From positions 493 to 64,492 of the forward strand of contig CAJAUT010000006.1 of assembly GCA_903945195.1 (NCBI GenBank): a stretch of 64,000 nucleotides of DNA. The letters are read 5' to 3'. Under the pieces are notes generated by a model that was not told where the DNA came from, searched no databases, and was given only the letters and a program-made list of their open reading frames with translations. The stretch's first letter is position 1; every line of letters starts with the position of its first letter. Of this stretch, positions 47,920 through 60,113 are shown piece by piece. Made by a program: the position numbers and the translations under genes. The stretch comes from an uncultured bacterium (GTDB taxonomy: Bacteria; Patescibacteriota; Microgenomatia; UBA1400; UBA12108).

Positions 47920-48398
47920 TAAATATTTTCAAAAAAGGCTTCACATTAATAGAATTACTAATTGTCATTGCCATCATTGGGATTCTCACGGCTTTAGTTA
48001 CTACCAATCTATCTGGAGCTAGATCTCGCGCCAGAGACACTAGGCGAAAATCAGATTTAAGATCTATAGAACAATCGTTACGTCTTTATTACAACGACGC
48101 CAAAAAATTCCCCACAGATGACGGCAGTGACAACATCAGCATCGCCAGTTGGGGATCACCATTTGCTGTAGGATCTACAATCTACATGTCCTCATTGCCC
48201 AAAGATCCAATTTCTACTGCTACCTCAACAGTAACCTACAAATATGATTCTCTTGGTGATGATAAATATCTCATCATAGCTGTACTGGAAAATGCTTCAG
48301 ATCCAGACATAGCAGAATCTCAACTCAAATGTACTAGTAATTATAGTAGTTATATCGGGGTCAAAACAACCACAGATTATCTAGTCTGTGCTCAATAA
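47916..48398 (+). CDS. Type IV pilin / PulG-like
   Basis: GFTLIELL, ARDTRRKSDL. Confidence 0.9.
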   Translation: MINIFKKGFTLIELLIVIAIIGILTALVTTNLSGARSRARDTRRKSDLRSIEQSLRLYYNDAKKFPTDDGSDNISIASWGSPFAVGSTIYMSSLPKDPISTATSTVTYKYDSLGDDKYLIIAVLENASDPDIAESQLKCTSNYSSYIGVKTTTDYLVCAQ

Positions 48399-48400
48399 AT

Positions 48401-48799
48401 ATGAACAAATTAAAGGGCTTTACATTAATAGAACTATTGGTAGTTATTGCAATTATTGCAATTATCACAAGTATAGGTGTTGCCAATCTCATCACCGCTC
48501 AAAAACAAGCTCGTGACGCTGCGCGTCGTGAGATCATAGGCAATGTCCAGTCTGCTTTTGAGCAGTACTTTGCAGAAGAAAGTCTCTATCCAACCGGAGT
48601 AGAAGGATCGGCCTTTGAAGGTGGCTCCAAACCAAAAGACCCAAGAGATAGTAGTACCCCCATCATCTGGAGCGTAGCAAATTATACATATTGTGTCTGT
48701 GCTACACTGGAAATGGGCAATGGCAACTCATCTACTAGCGCCTGCGCGTGGTCAGAGCTTAGTACAAACAATTATTATTGTGCCATGAACAAACAATAA
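48401..48799 (+). CDS. Type IV pilin / PulG-like
   Basis: GFTLIELL. Confidence 0.9.
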   Translation: MNKLKGFTLIELLVVIAIIAIITSIGVANLITAQKQARDAARREIIGNVQSAFEQYFAEESLYPTGVEGSAFEGGSKPKDPRDSSTPIIWSVANYTYCVCATLEMGNGNSSTSACAWSELSTNNYYCAMNKQ

Positions 48800-48802
48800 A
48801 TT

Positions 48803-49159
48803 ATGACTAAAACAAAAGGGTTTACTTTAATCGAGCTATTGGTAGTTATCGCCATCATTGCAATACTTATTACGGTAGGAGCTGTCAGTTATACTAGAGC
48901 TTTAAGACTATCGCGTGACGCCAAACGCAAAACAGACATAGAGCAAATCAGGCAAGCATTAGAGACATATAGGTCCGAACTTGGCTCTTATCCAGCTACC
49001 AAAGATTTACTAGATCCCGATTATATTTCGATCGTACCATTAGATCCAAAAAATCCTGACTACTTATACGTCTACTCAAAATTATCCGCTACTACCTACA
49101 CTCTCTGTGCCACCCTAGAAGCTGGAGATGTCGCAAGTTATTGTTTAACACAACCATAA
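48803..49159 (+). CDS. Type IV pilin / PulG-like
   Basis: GFTLIELL, RDAKRKTDI. Confidence 0.9.
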   Translation: MTKTKGFTLIELLVVIAIIAILITVGAVSYTRALRLSRDAKRKTDIEQIRQALETYRSELGSYPATKDLLDPDYISIVPLDPKNPDYLYVYSKLSATTYTLCATLEAGDVASYCLTQP

Positions 49160-49168
49160 AAACTCATT

Positions 49169-49624
49169 ATGAAAAAAGGCTTTTCGTTAATTGAGTTGAT
49201 GATAGCCATAACTATCATCGCAGTCATGACAACTCTAGGCATCTCTGCCTACAGCAAAGGCAGTGACAAACAAATAGCCAAAAATTCAGGAGAAACAATA
49301 GTCTCAATATTAACTGAAAATCAAAAACAAGCAAATATTGGTCACGAAGATTGTACTGGCAAATACTTGGGACAACAGATCTCAATTAGTTCAGGTGGCA
49401 ACACTATCACAGCAGTTAGTCTCTGCACAATTTCAGTAGGGGAGCCTTTAGTAACAAGCATAGACAACATTACCTTCAACTCATCTACAACCATGGTATT
49501 TAATCCTTTATCTCAGGGAGTCACAGATGCTAGCTCCATCACTTTTACCGGACCAAACGGATCTATCTACACCGTTCGCGTAGACAGTTCCGGCACGATC
49601 GAATATAGCGGGGTGCAAAAATAG
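49169..49624 (+). CDS. Minor pilin (FimT/GspH-like)
   Basis: GFSLIELM. Confidence 0.8.
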   Translation: MKKGFSLIELMIAITIIAVMTTLGISAYSKGSDKQIAKNSGETIVSILTENQKQANIGHEDCTGKYLGQQISISSGGNTITAVSLCTISVGEPLVTSIDNITFNSSTTMVFNPLSQGVTDASSITFTGPNGSIYTVRVDSSGTIEYSGVQK

Positions 49625-50055
49625 TGAAAACAAAAAAGGGGATGTCAATCATTGAGATTGTGATCGCAACAGCCATGATTAGCATGGCGGTCATTGCTGC
49701 TTTGTCTCTCACCAGCAAATCTCAAAGTCAAAATGTATATTCGAGACAATCGGCAGAAGCCAGTAAATATGCCACACAAATCATAGACTGGGTAAGATCA
49801 GAAAGAAACTTAAAAGGATGGGCCACTATCAATGCCAAAGCAGCAGGAACATATTGTCTCAACACAATACCCTCAGATTTTACTACTCTCAGTCCCGGGG
49901 CCTGCCTCGCTAGTACATATATTTCAAATACTATTTTCACCAGGACCATGATTATCACAAAAGATGCGGGCAAAATCATTATTAGCGTAGAGATCACTTG
50001 GGATGAGAGAATGCCACGTTCGACAATCATCAATTTGGAGCTTACACAGTGGTAA
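49624..50055 (+). CDS. Minor pilin (PilV-like)
   Basis: GMSIIEIV, VEITW. Confidence 0.8.
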   Translation: MKTKKGMSIIEIVIATAMISMAVIAALSLTSKSQSQNVYSRQSAEASKYATQIIDWVRSERNLKGWATINAKAAGTYCLNTIPSDFTTLSPGACLASTYISNTIFTRTMIITKDAGKIIISVEITWDERMPRSTIINLELTQW

Positions 50056-50549
50056 AAGGTTTTTCACTCATTGAATTAATTGTGGTAGTAGGACTACTTG
50101 CCATCCTTATGCTCGCCATATCATCTTCTATTCTGATGAGCGTCATTAGTAGCAATCGTATTCGTACGGTCACCATCACCAAACAAGCAGGAAACTACGC
50201 TCTAGATCAAATTCAAAGCATGATTAGAAACGCCAAAGACATCAGTATCTGCGATCCCGCCATAGTATCTATAGTTCATAGTGATGGCTCAAGTTCTGTA
50301 CTTAGTACTCAAACCAACAATGGTGTAAATAGAATCATCTCAAACTCAGATGTTTTTTTAACACCTGCAAACGTCTCTGTTTCAGATTTTCTTTTTTCCT
50401 GTCTGCCTGACCAGACTCCACCAGCTAGCAATCTAGGCAACACCGATCTTATCAAAATCTCCTTTAGTCTTAAAAACACCACGGTATCAAGAACTTCCGA
50501 AAATCCTACACTTCATTTTGAAACTTCTATAAACCTGCGTAACCAATGA
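50049..50549 (+). CDS. Minor pilin (PilW-like)
   Basis: GFSLIELI, MIRNA, FETSINLRN. Confidence 0.8.
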   Translation: MVKGFSLIELIVVVGLLAILMLAISSSILMSVISSNRIRTVTITKQAGNYALDQIQSMIRNAKDISICDPAIVSIVHSDGSSSVLSTQTNNGVNRIISNSDVFLTPANVSVSDFLFSCLPDQTPPASNLGNTDLIKISFSLKNTTVSRTSENPTLHFETSINLRNQ

Positions 50550-51324
50550 TTTGATTTCCCCACAACAGAGTTACAAGTATAGCTATTACCATAAACGGTA
50601 CAAATGGCACTGTATCTTTACGACTTCTAAGTTTTGTCGCTATTAGTATCACTCCAACCACAGCACCAATTATGAAGCTGCCCATGATAGCTACAAGCCC
50701 CTTTGGCCACCCAAGAAGTATACCCATGTATAAAGCCACATACATATCTCCATCAGCCATTCCTCGGCCTTTCGTTATTTTCCACAAGCTCCAAAAAAAT
50801 GCATAAAATCCAAAACCAGTGAGTATAGCCAAATAGAAATCAGTAGCTTGATAGGCTCCAAAACATCCAAGCAGTAAACGGTAAACTAGGGCAGTGGCAC
50901 ATCCAAGCCACACTACATTCATTAACACTACCCCGTAAAACAAATCAGCAAGGAGCAGGATCAAAAGAATCACCCCTGTAAATAGCCAAAAAAGTGGCTG
51001 CACCACTGTCAGTGGTGCACTCACAAGCCGGAAAAATACAAACCCTACAATCATCCACCACGCAAACAGCAGTCCCACAATCGTCTCGACTATTGGATAC
51101 TGAAAAGATAGGGGAGTACGACAACAACGTGACTTGGCACCATACATGACAAAACTTAGAATTGGGATCATGTCATACCATGCCAGGGTCTTGTGGCAGT
51201 GATCACACTCTGATCTACCTCGCACCCAGTCTCGTCCCGAGATCGTACGATCAATCAGTACATTTACAAAACTACCTACCGCAGCACCAATAAAAAATGT
51301 GAGGATGAAATACATCATCCTCAC
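50527..51324 (-). CDS. pilD: Prepilin peptidase
   Basis: GSFVNV..DR, RSECDHC, GMADGD, VPFVPF. Confidence 0.92.
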   Translation of the reverse strand: MRMMYFILTFFIGAAVGSFVNVLIDRTISGRDWVRGRSECDHCHKTLAWYDMIPILSFVMYGAKSRCCRTPLSFQYPIVETIVGLLFAWWMIVGFVFFRLVSAPLTVVQPLFWLFTGVILLILLLADLFYGVVLMNVVWLGCATALVYRLLLGCFGAYQATDFYLAILTGFGFYAFFWSLWKITKGRGMADGDMYVALYMGILLGWPKGLVAIMGSFIIGAVVGVILIATKLRSRKDTVPFVPFMVIAILVTLLWGNQIIGYAGL

Positions 51325-51358
51325 ATTCTATCAGTTTAATCCTGAGCTTGTCGAAGGA

Positions 51359-52024
51359 CTATGGTAGACAGATATAACAATCAATTGCTAAATCAGAAGA
51401 ACTAGCAGTTGCACAATTAGCTGTGACTGGACATGCACCAGGTGGGAAATCTCCAGGCAATACATTGAGCACGTAAGAGCCACTTCCTGGGGCCGTCTCT
51501 GCTGCACAACGTTTCCAGGCTTCTTCACGGAAAGAGTTAGATTTTGGCTTGAAACATGCGTAAGTACTTTCACCAGACACACCATCGTTGTAGATCGATA
51601 GATAGTTGGAAGCAGCTGCATCAGTAATACGAGTTACAAACGATGCTTTAATTTCGGCAGTGCCACCAGAAGATAATAGGTCTAATATATCTTTAGCATC
51701 ATCACCCAACAACAGTCCTGGAGCATTGATCTCTACCAAATCACCCGCATTAGCCACGCCTACAGCTGTTCCTGCTGGATCAGTCCAAGTATTGTCACTT
51801 GTTCCATTTGTCATCCAAGGATAATATCCTTTTGCCGCATAAAATCGATCAGTTGCAGATATCAGTTGCTCTGCATCAGACCTAGTTCCAGTGTCACGTC
51901 CTCTATTGATTTGTTCGATAGGGTTAATAGCAGACAGCACGGCCACAGCCAAGATACCTAGTACCGCAATCACGATTAAAAGCTCGATCATGGTAAACCC
52001 TAATTTCTTTAAACTGCTAAACAT
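51359..52024 (-). CDS. Type IV pilin (candidate major pilin)
   Basis: GFTMIELL, AINP..Q..RGRD; GGAG RBS. Confidence 0.88.
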   Translation of the reverse strand: MFSSLKKLGFTMIELLIVIAVLGILAVAVLSAINPIEQINRGRDTGTRSDAEQLISATDRFYAAKGYYPWMTNGTSDNTWTDPAGTAVGVANAGDLVEINAPGLLLGDDAKDILDLLSSGGTAEIKASFVTRITDAAASNYLSIYNDGVSGESTYACFKPKSNSFREEAWKRCAAETAPGSGSYVLNVLPGDFPPGACPVTANCATASSSDLAIDCYICLP

Positions 52025-52069
52025 ATGTATCTCCTTAGACTTTATAGTATCTATCTCTATAACATCATA

Positions 52070-53266
52070 TTAGAACGCGCTCGTCAAGTTGTATATAGGT
52101 ACTATGATCGCAACGATGAGGAATCCTACTCCCAGTCCAAGCAGTACCATGATAATGGGCTCCATAGCAGTTGAGAGGTTTTTTATCACATGTTCAGATT
52201 CATTTTCAAAATATCCCGCCACGCGGTTCAGGATTTCATCCAACTTTCCAGTTTGCTCACCAACCGAAGTCATCTGTGACACAAGCATGGGAAATACTGG
52301 ATGCTTGGCCAATGATGTAGCTAGGGCATTTCCTTTTTCTACATCTTTTGCTACTTCATCAAGCGCTCTCCGCATGACTTCACTATCTGCCACTTCGCGC
52401 ACGATTCCTAAAGACTCAACTAGAGATACACCAGCCGAGGCCAGTAGCGCCAATGTCCTACTAAACTCTGCCATCAGGACCATAGACTTGATCTTGCCAA
52501 ATACTGGCAACTTCAAAACAATAGCATCCCATTGGTATGATCCCATTTTTGTCTTACGCCAGGAATTAAAGCCATACACAGAGCCAACGATAGCTACTCC
52601 CATAATGTACCAAAAATTCACCATAAAATCAGAAACACTTATTAATATCCTCGTAACAATTGGTAGTTGAATATCAAAATCTTTATACATCACGGTAAGT
52701 TTTGGCAACACAAAGATCATCATGACACTGGTGACCAATGCCATACCTATGAGCACAATCACAGGATAGATCATGGCTCCTTTAGTTTTCTCTCTAAATT
52801 CGCGTTGTTTTTCTAAAGTGTCAGCCAGTCGGATCAAGATAGTATCTAGTACTCCAGCAGACTCTCCCGCACGAACTAAAGCGATATAAACTCTAGAAAA
52901 TGTTTCAGGATGATGCACTAGAGCATCGGCAAAAGTCGACCCACCCTCTATTGATCTCAAGATGTCTGCTACTTTAGACTGCAAAGCTATAGGCACTTGC
53001 ATCTGCAAAATAGACAAAGCATCAGTCAAAGGTAGTCCAGCTCCAATCATAGTTGAGAGTTGACGGGTAAAATTGACTACATCGTCAAATTTTACTTTCT
53101 GACCCATAGAAAAAATAGATTTGCCTACCGCTATTGGATGCAACTCTACGATAATCAGTTTTTGATCCCTGAGTACTTGTACGGCAGTCGTTTCACTTTG
53201 AGCCTCAACAATACCTTTTCTCAACTCTCCATTGTCTGCTCTAGCTTTAAAACGAAATCGTTCCAT
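52070..53266 (-). CDS. pilC: Type IV pilus platform protein PilC/GspF
   Basis: FTRQLSTM, AGESAG, AMIYP, GEQTG, MEP. Confidence 0.93.
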   Translation of the reverse strand: MERFRFKARADNGELRKGIVEAQSETTAVQVLRDQKLIIVELHPIAVGKSIFSMGQKVKFDDVVNFTRQLSTMIGAGLPLTDALSILQMQVPIALQSKVADILRSIEGGSTFADALVHHPETFSRVYIALVRAGESAGVLDTILIRLADTLEKQREFREKTKGAMIYPVIVLIGMALVTSVMMIFVLPKLTVMYKDFDIQLPIVTRILISVSDFMVNFWYIMGVAIVGSVYGFNSWRKTKMGSYQWDAIVLKLPVFGKIKSMVLMAEFSRTLALLASAGVSLVESLGIVREVADSEVMRRALDEVAKDVEKGNALATSLAKHPVFPMLVSQMTSVGEQTGKLDEILNRVAGYFENESEHVIKNLSTAMEPIIMVLLGLGVGFLIVAIIVPIYNLTSAF

Positions 53267-53269
53267 ATG

Positions 53270-54328
53270 TTATTTACTCCCCACAAGTCTATTTAATTCT
53301 TCTGTGTTAAGCGCATATTCCCTAGCTACTCCTAGACTAATCTTGCCGCCTCTATAAGCTTCAACCAAAGCCATATCCAGTGTACGCATACCTACATCAG
53401 TCGATGTCTGCATCACATTTGTAAGCATGTGCGATTTTCCGTCACGTATGAGTGATCTCACAGCTGGAGTAGCCAGCAATACTTCTGCCACAGCAATACG
53501 CGCCCCGTCTTCAGAGGGTATCAATCGCTGCGCAATAATGGCTTCAAGTGAGAGCGATAGTTGTCCGCGGATTTGTTGTTGTTCTTTTTCAGGAAATACA
53601 TCAACGATACGATCAATTGTTTGTGCTGCAGAATTTGTATGAAGGGTAGCAAACACTAAATGTCCAGTTTCTGCGATAGTCAGGGCCGCCTCGATAGTTT
53701 CATAATCGCGCATCTCACCAATCAGCACCACATTTGGATCTTCACGAAGCACCGATTTTAAAGCGACCCCCCATGAATGAGTATCTGAATGTAGTTCTCG
53801 TTGAGAAATAATACTCTTGATTGGAGTATGTACGTATTCGACAGGGTCTTCAATGGTCACAATATGTTCACTACGTTCTTGGTTTATACGCTGGATCATT
53901 GCTGCTATTGTGGTTGACTTACCATGTCCAGTTGGACCAGTCACAAGTACAAGACCTTGTTTCATTTGCGTTAAACTGCCAAATATTGGTGGTAAATGCA
54001 GATCTTCCAATGTTTTAATTTGTGCAGGAATATAACGCAAGGCCGCAGCCACATTTCCTTTTTCATAGTACACATTTACACGAAATCTCTCTCCTCCAGG
54101 GATCATGTAAGAAAAATCAAGTTCTCGGTCTACCTTCAACAATTCTCGTTGTTGTTCATTTAAAATACTGTTTACAATTTCTTCAGTTTGCGTAGGCGTA
54201 AAAGCAGTAGTTTCTGGTACGGTCAACAATTTGCCATTCAATCTTAGCATTGGCGGAATACCCACCATGATATGTACATCCGAAGCTTTGTATTGTACGC
54301 AGAGTTCCAATATTTTCTTTATTTCCAT
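53270..54328 (-). CDS. pilT: Retraction ATPase PilT
   Basis: ASDVH, GPTGHGKSTT, LREDP, AETGHLV. Confidence 0.95.
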   Translation of the reverse strand: MEIKKILELCVQYKASDVHIMVGIPPMLRLNGKLLTVPETTAFTPTQTEEIVNSILNEQQRELLKVDRELDFSYMIPGGERFRVNVYYEKGNVAAALRYIPAQIKTLEDLHLPPIFGSLTQMKQGLVLVTGPTGHGKSTTIAAMIQRINQERSEHIVTIEDPVEYVHTPIKSIISQRELHSDTHSWGVALKSVLREDPNVVLIGEMRDYETIEAALTIAETGHLVFATLHTNSAAQTIDRIVDVFPEKEQQQIRGQLSLSLEAIIAQRLIPSEDGARIAVAEVLLATPAVRSLIRDGKSHMLTNVMQTSTDVGMRTLDMALVEAYRGGKISLGVAREYALNTEELNRLVGSK

Positions 54329-54337
54329 ATTTCTCCT

Positions 54338-56053
54338 TTATGTTTTTGCAACGCGCATAACTTCTTCCAAAGTTGTAAGTCCATCAAGTGCTTTAATATA
54401 GCCATCTTGCTCCATTAGGACCATCCCATCTAGTACAGCTGCTTTTTCTATCTGGATAGCCGGTGCACGCTCTAGTATTAGTTTACCAATTTTTTCAGTA
54501 ACTTTAAGTACTTCAAAAATAGCCAGTCGTCCACGATATCCCGTATCCCCACATTTATCACATTTACGACCCCTAGTCATCATCACTGGTTTGCCATCCA
54601 ATTTACTAACGTAAGCATCATAAAGTGGCCCAAGCACTTTCTTCATTTCTTCAATCATGATAGGAGTTGCAGCATATTGCTCACTACAATTATCACAAAC
54701 CTTACGCAGGACACGTTGAGCCGCCACGCAGGTCATAGAAGAAGCTAGCAAAAAGGGCTCTGCTTGCATATCCAACAAACGTGGCAAAGCACCAGAACTA
54801 GAATTTGTATGAAGCGTTGAAAAAACCAGGTGACCAGTAAGTGATGCTTGAATAGCCAAGTCAGCCGTCTCGTTATCACGGATTTCACCCACCATGATAA
54901 TATTTGGATCTTGACGCAGGAATGAGCGCAGGCCAGTTGCAAAAGTAAGACCTGCTTTTACATTGATCTGCACTTGGTTCACACCGTCTATCTGATACTC
55001 GACTGGATCTTCAAGAGTCACAATATTTACACGAGGTGTATTTAGAATATGTAGGACCGAATAAAGTGTAGTTGTTTTACCAGATCCAGTAGGTCCGGTG
55101 ATTAGCACAATACCATGCGGCACTTTGATGGAATCCTCAATGTTTTTTAGCGCCATTCCACGCAGTCCTAGTTCAGACAAAGAGGGGATGTTGGATGATT
55201 TACGTAGGAGACGCATCACAATCTTTTCACCATCCACCGTCGGAAGAGAAGACACACGCAAATCTACTTCTTGATCATCCGAGCGAAAAGAAAAACGTCC
55301 ATCTTGTGGCAAGCGTCGCTCATCGATCTTGAGCTCAGCCAAGATCTTGATACGAGACACCACAGCATCATGCACTTTTCTTGGTAGTACTAGTTTTTCT
55401 TGCAAAATACCGTCAATTCGATACCGCACACGAGTATGAGCTTCAAGAGGTTCGATATGTACGTCAGAGGCACGAGCCTTGACCGCAAACTCAAGTACTG
55501 TGGCCACAATTTTTGCAATTGGAGCCTCACGTATTACATCCCCAATCTTTTCCACATCAATTACCCTACGATTTGCATCAGAATCAACAGATTCTTTCAG
55601 GACCTGACTAACTTCAGCTGATAGACCTTGAGAGTAACGTTTTGGAATCTCTGATACAAGCTCGTCTTTCATTGCCATAAATGGCTTTACTTTGGTCGCG
55701 GATTTTGCCTCAAGAAATGCGATTGTCTGTAGATCCAGAGGGTTAGCCATTGCGATAGACAACAGTTGTGTTTTTGCATCAAATTCAAAAGGCAGTGCTT
55801 GATAATGCTCTGATACTGATTCAGGGATTTTCGCTAGCGCCTCAGGAGAAGAGGCTAGTTCTTTCAGCGTTACAAAGGGGATATTGTACAAAGTAGCTTT
55901 TGCCTTTGTAAGCCCAATAGAATCCACCACTCCAGATCGCTCGACGATTTCATCCAAGCTCATACCAGTGGTATAACTCTCAGTTTCCAGGCGCGAAAAA
56001 TCCGCGTCAGATAATAGACCATCCTTTTTTAGGATGAGGGCAAGATCCTGCAT
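54338..56053 (-). CDS. pilB: Assembly ATPase PilB/GspE
   Basis: ASDVHIEP, ERRLPQDG, GPTGSGKTTT, CDNC/CDKC. Confidence 0.95.
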   Translation of the reverse strand: MQDLALILKKDGLLSDADFSRLETESYTTGMSLDEIVERSGVVDSIGLTKAKATLYNIPFVTLKELASSPEALAKIPESVSEHYQALPFEFDAKTQLLSIAMANPLDLQTIAFLEAKSATKVKPFMAMKDELVSEIPKRYSQGLSAEVSQVLKESVDSDANRRVIDVEKIGDVIREAPIAKIVATVLEFAVKARASDVHIEPLEAHTRVRYRIDGILQEKLVLPRKVHDAVVSRIKILAELKIDERRLPQDGRFSFRSDDQEVDLRVSSLPTVDGEKIVMRLLRKSSNIPSLSELGLRGMALKNIEDSIKVPHGIVLITGPTGSGKTTTLYSVLHILNTPRVNIVTLEDPVEYQIDGVNQVQINVKAGLTFATGLRSFLRQDPNIIMVGEIRDNETADLAIQASLTGHLVFSTLHTNSSSGALPRLLDMQAEPFLLASSMTCVAAQRVLRKVCDNCSEQYAATPIMIEEMKKVLGPLYDAYVSKLDGKPVMMTRGRKCDKCGDTGYRGRLAIFEVLKVTEKIGKLILERAPAIQIEKAAVLDGMVLMEQDGYIKALDGLTTLEEVMRVAKT

Positions 56054-56091
56054 ACTTTCTATAGTACATTAAAAATTAATCGATTGCATTC

Positions 56092-56829
56092 TTTACAAAG
56101 TTACGATCTTTGCAATAATAAATATTGATGTCAAGTATTTGCTATCAACGCATTTTTGTACCTGGATGTTATTACCACATCTATAATCGCGGTGCCCACC
56201 AACAACTAATCTTTAAAGATGACAAGGACTATCAAACGTTTGTAGATATTCTCGGATACTACCTGACTCATCCAAATGGTATTCCTCTGAGTATATTAAG
56301 TCGCAAATCCGAAAAAAACAAAGTTACGATCCTTGCAAAAACGTCACCATCTTGCTCTCTACTTGCATATTGTCTTATGCCGAATCATTTCCACCTTATG
56401 CTAAGACAAGAATCGAGCGACTTAACAATCTCTGATCTTATGAGAAGAATTTGTGTTGGTTACGCAATGTATTTCAACGAAAGATATCATCATTCAGGAA
56501 CTATTTTTCAAGGAAGATACAAAAATATACTTGTTACAAATGAATATCAATGGATATACCTATCCAAATATATTCATCGAAACCCACTACATTTGCAAAG
56601 TTACGATCCTTGCAAATTATCCAAATACAGATACTCTTCATATCCTACCTACTTAGGTCTAACTCAAACAAATTGGCTAGACACCTCAACTATTTTAGAC
56701 AGACATTACAAAAACAAAATCAGTGAATATCAAAAATTTGTTGAGAACGGAGGAGACGTAGGCAATATAGAAAAAATCACTATTGATGTAGAAGAAGATC
56801 AAGAGTTGCAAGGATCGTAACTTTGCAAA
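56092..56829. repeat. Four REP-like palindromes (consensus TTGCAAAGTTACGATCCTTGCAA)
   Basis: 56092-56115, 56318-56339, 56592-56616 and inverted 56806-56829. Confidence 0.88.
56128..56820 (+). CDS. REP-associated tyrosine transposase (RAYT, Y1 HUH)
   Basis: YYHIYNRG, AYCLMPNHFHL, FQGRY, YIHRNP, YSSY. Confidence 0.9.
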   Translation: MSSICYQRIFVPGCYYHIYNRGAHQQLIFKDDKDYQTFVDILGYYLTHPNGIPLSILSRKSEKNKVTILAKTSPSCSLLAYCLMPNHFHLMLRQESSDLTISDLMRRICVGYAMYFNERYHHSGTIFQGRYKNILVTNEYQWIYLSKYIHRNPLHLQSYDPCKLSKYRYSSYPTYLGLTQTNWLDTSTILDRHYKNKISEYQKFVENGGDVGNIEKITIDVEEDQELQGS

Positions 56830-56832
56830 AAG

Positions 56833-57501
56833 ATGCCTTATACTACACATATGCACGCATATCTATTATCCGGCGGAACAAAAGAGGACAGATCAACCTA
56901 TCTCAAGGATCTACTGGATTTAAAAACCGAGCTTATCCATGTCATAAACGAAAAAACCACGATCACCATCAAGCAAATCCAAGATTTAAATATCCCACTC
57001 AGTATCGCGCCACGCCTCCCTCGTATTGTCTGGATCGAAGAATCGGGCCTCATGACAATTCCTGCCCAAAATGCACTCCTAAAAATGCTTGAAGAGCCAC
57101 CAGACAACACAACTTTTTATCTCACTACAAAATCTGCCATGACCATGCTCCCCACAATTCGCTCAAGAGTCAAAATATTGTCTCTCGAAAATCAACAAAC
57201 TAAAGAAGATCCTCAAGTTCTCTCAGATTTAAAGCTAATTATGGCTATGACAGCAGGGGATAGGCTCATTAATATCGTAAAAAGAGATAGAAGCGAAAGC
57301 ATCCTCTGGTTATCAGATATAGAGCGCGAAATTAAGGCCAAATTAAAAGATAAAAACATAAATGAAAAAGGTTTGACTATGTTAGCTAGAATCGCAAAAT
57401 CAGCCCAAAATGCGCATTCTCAATTGTCTAGCAACTGCTCAGTTTCTCTAGTCACCCAAAACTTCTATCTCTTACTACCTCATACCGGATCCCAGACCTA
57501 G
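56833..57501 (+). CDS. holB: DNA polymerase III delta-prime-like subunit
   Basis: HAYL, AQNALLKMLEEPP, LPTIRSR. Confidence 0.8.
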   Translation: MPYTTHMHAYLLSGGTKEDRSTYLKDLLDLKTELIHVINEKTTITIKQIQDLNIPLSIAPRLPRIVWIEESGLMTIPAQNALLKMLEEPPDNTTFYLTTKSAMTMLPTIRSRVKILSLENQQTKEDPQVLSDLKLIMAMTAGDRLINIVKRDRSESILWLSDIEREIKAKLKDKNINEKGLTMLARIAKSAQNAHSQLSSNCSVSLVTQNFYLLLPHTGSQT

Positions 57502-57577
57502 ACTGCCTAGTCTACCCCTGCTACAATCAAATGTGTTATAGTTTTCTTTTGCTTACTTTATAAACTTGATAACTTGA

Positions 57578-59536
<1,959 letters not shown>

Positions 59537-59612
59537 ACTAATAAAAATTATGTGTCGTCCTGAGCGAAGTCGAAGGACCGCGCAGACGTATAATAAATAA
59601 AAGGAGAATCAT

Positions 59613-60113
59613 ATGTCCGACCAAAACATGCAAATCAAAGTCTATATCGAGATCCCAGAAGGATCTAAAGTTAAATACGAACGTGATGAAGAGACGGGTA
59701 TGCTTATGTGCGATCGTATCCTCCACACTCCTATGGCATTTCCTTTCAACTATGGATTTGTTTTAGAAAGCAAAGGCGAAGATGGCGATCCAACAGACGT
59801 AGTTGTCCTTACCTCCGAAGCTATCGTTCCTGGCGTAGGCATGAAAGCCAAACTTATCGGTATGCTTGAGATGTCCGACGAAGAAGGGGTAGACACCAAA
59901 CTCATCGCAGTACCTGTGCAAAAAGTCGATCCACTATTTGGTACCTGGAACGATATCACCGATGTCCCAGAGCATACCAAAAACAAGATCAAGCATTTCT
60001 TCGATCACTACAAAGATCTAGAGCCAGGCAAATTTGTCAAAACAGGCAAATTCTTGCCAGCCGCTGATGCTGCTAAAATTTTAGAAGCCGATATGAAAAG
60101 AGGACAGAAATAA
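59613..60113 (+). CDS. ppa: Inorganic pyrophosphatase
   Basis: EIPEGS.VKYE, NYGF, DGDPTD, FFDHYK. Confidence 0.95.
   Translation: MSDQNMQIKVYIEIPEGSKVKYERDEETGMLMCDRILHTPMAFPFNYGFVLESKGEDGDPTDVVVLTSEAIVPGVGMKAKLIGMLEMSDEEGVDTKLIAVPVQKVDPLFGTWNDITDVPEHTKNKIKHFFDHYKDLEPGKFVKTGKFLPAADAAKILEADMKRGQK

Noticed and set aside
47390-50549. Phase-variable inversion of the pilin block
   Set aside because: No inverted repeats seen at the edges, the right edge is an overlap of two convergent genes, and there is no adjacent invertase.
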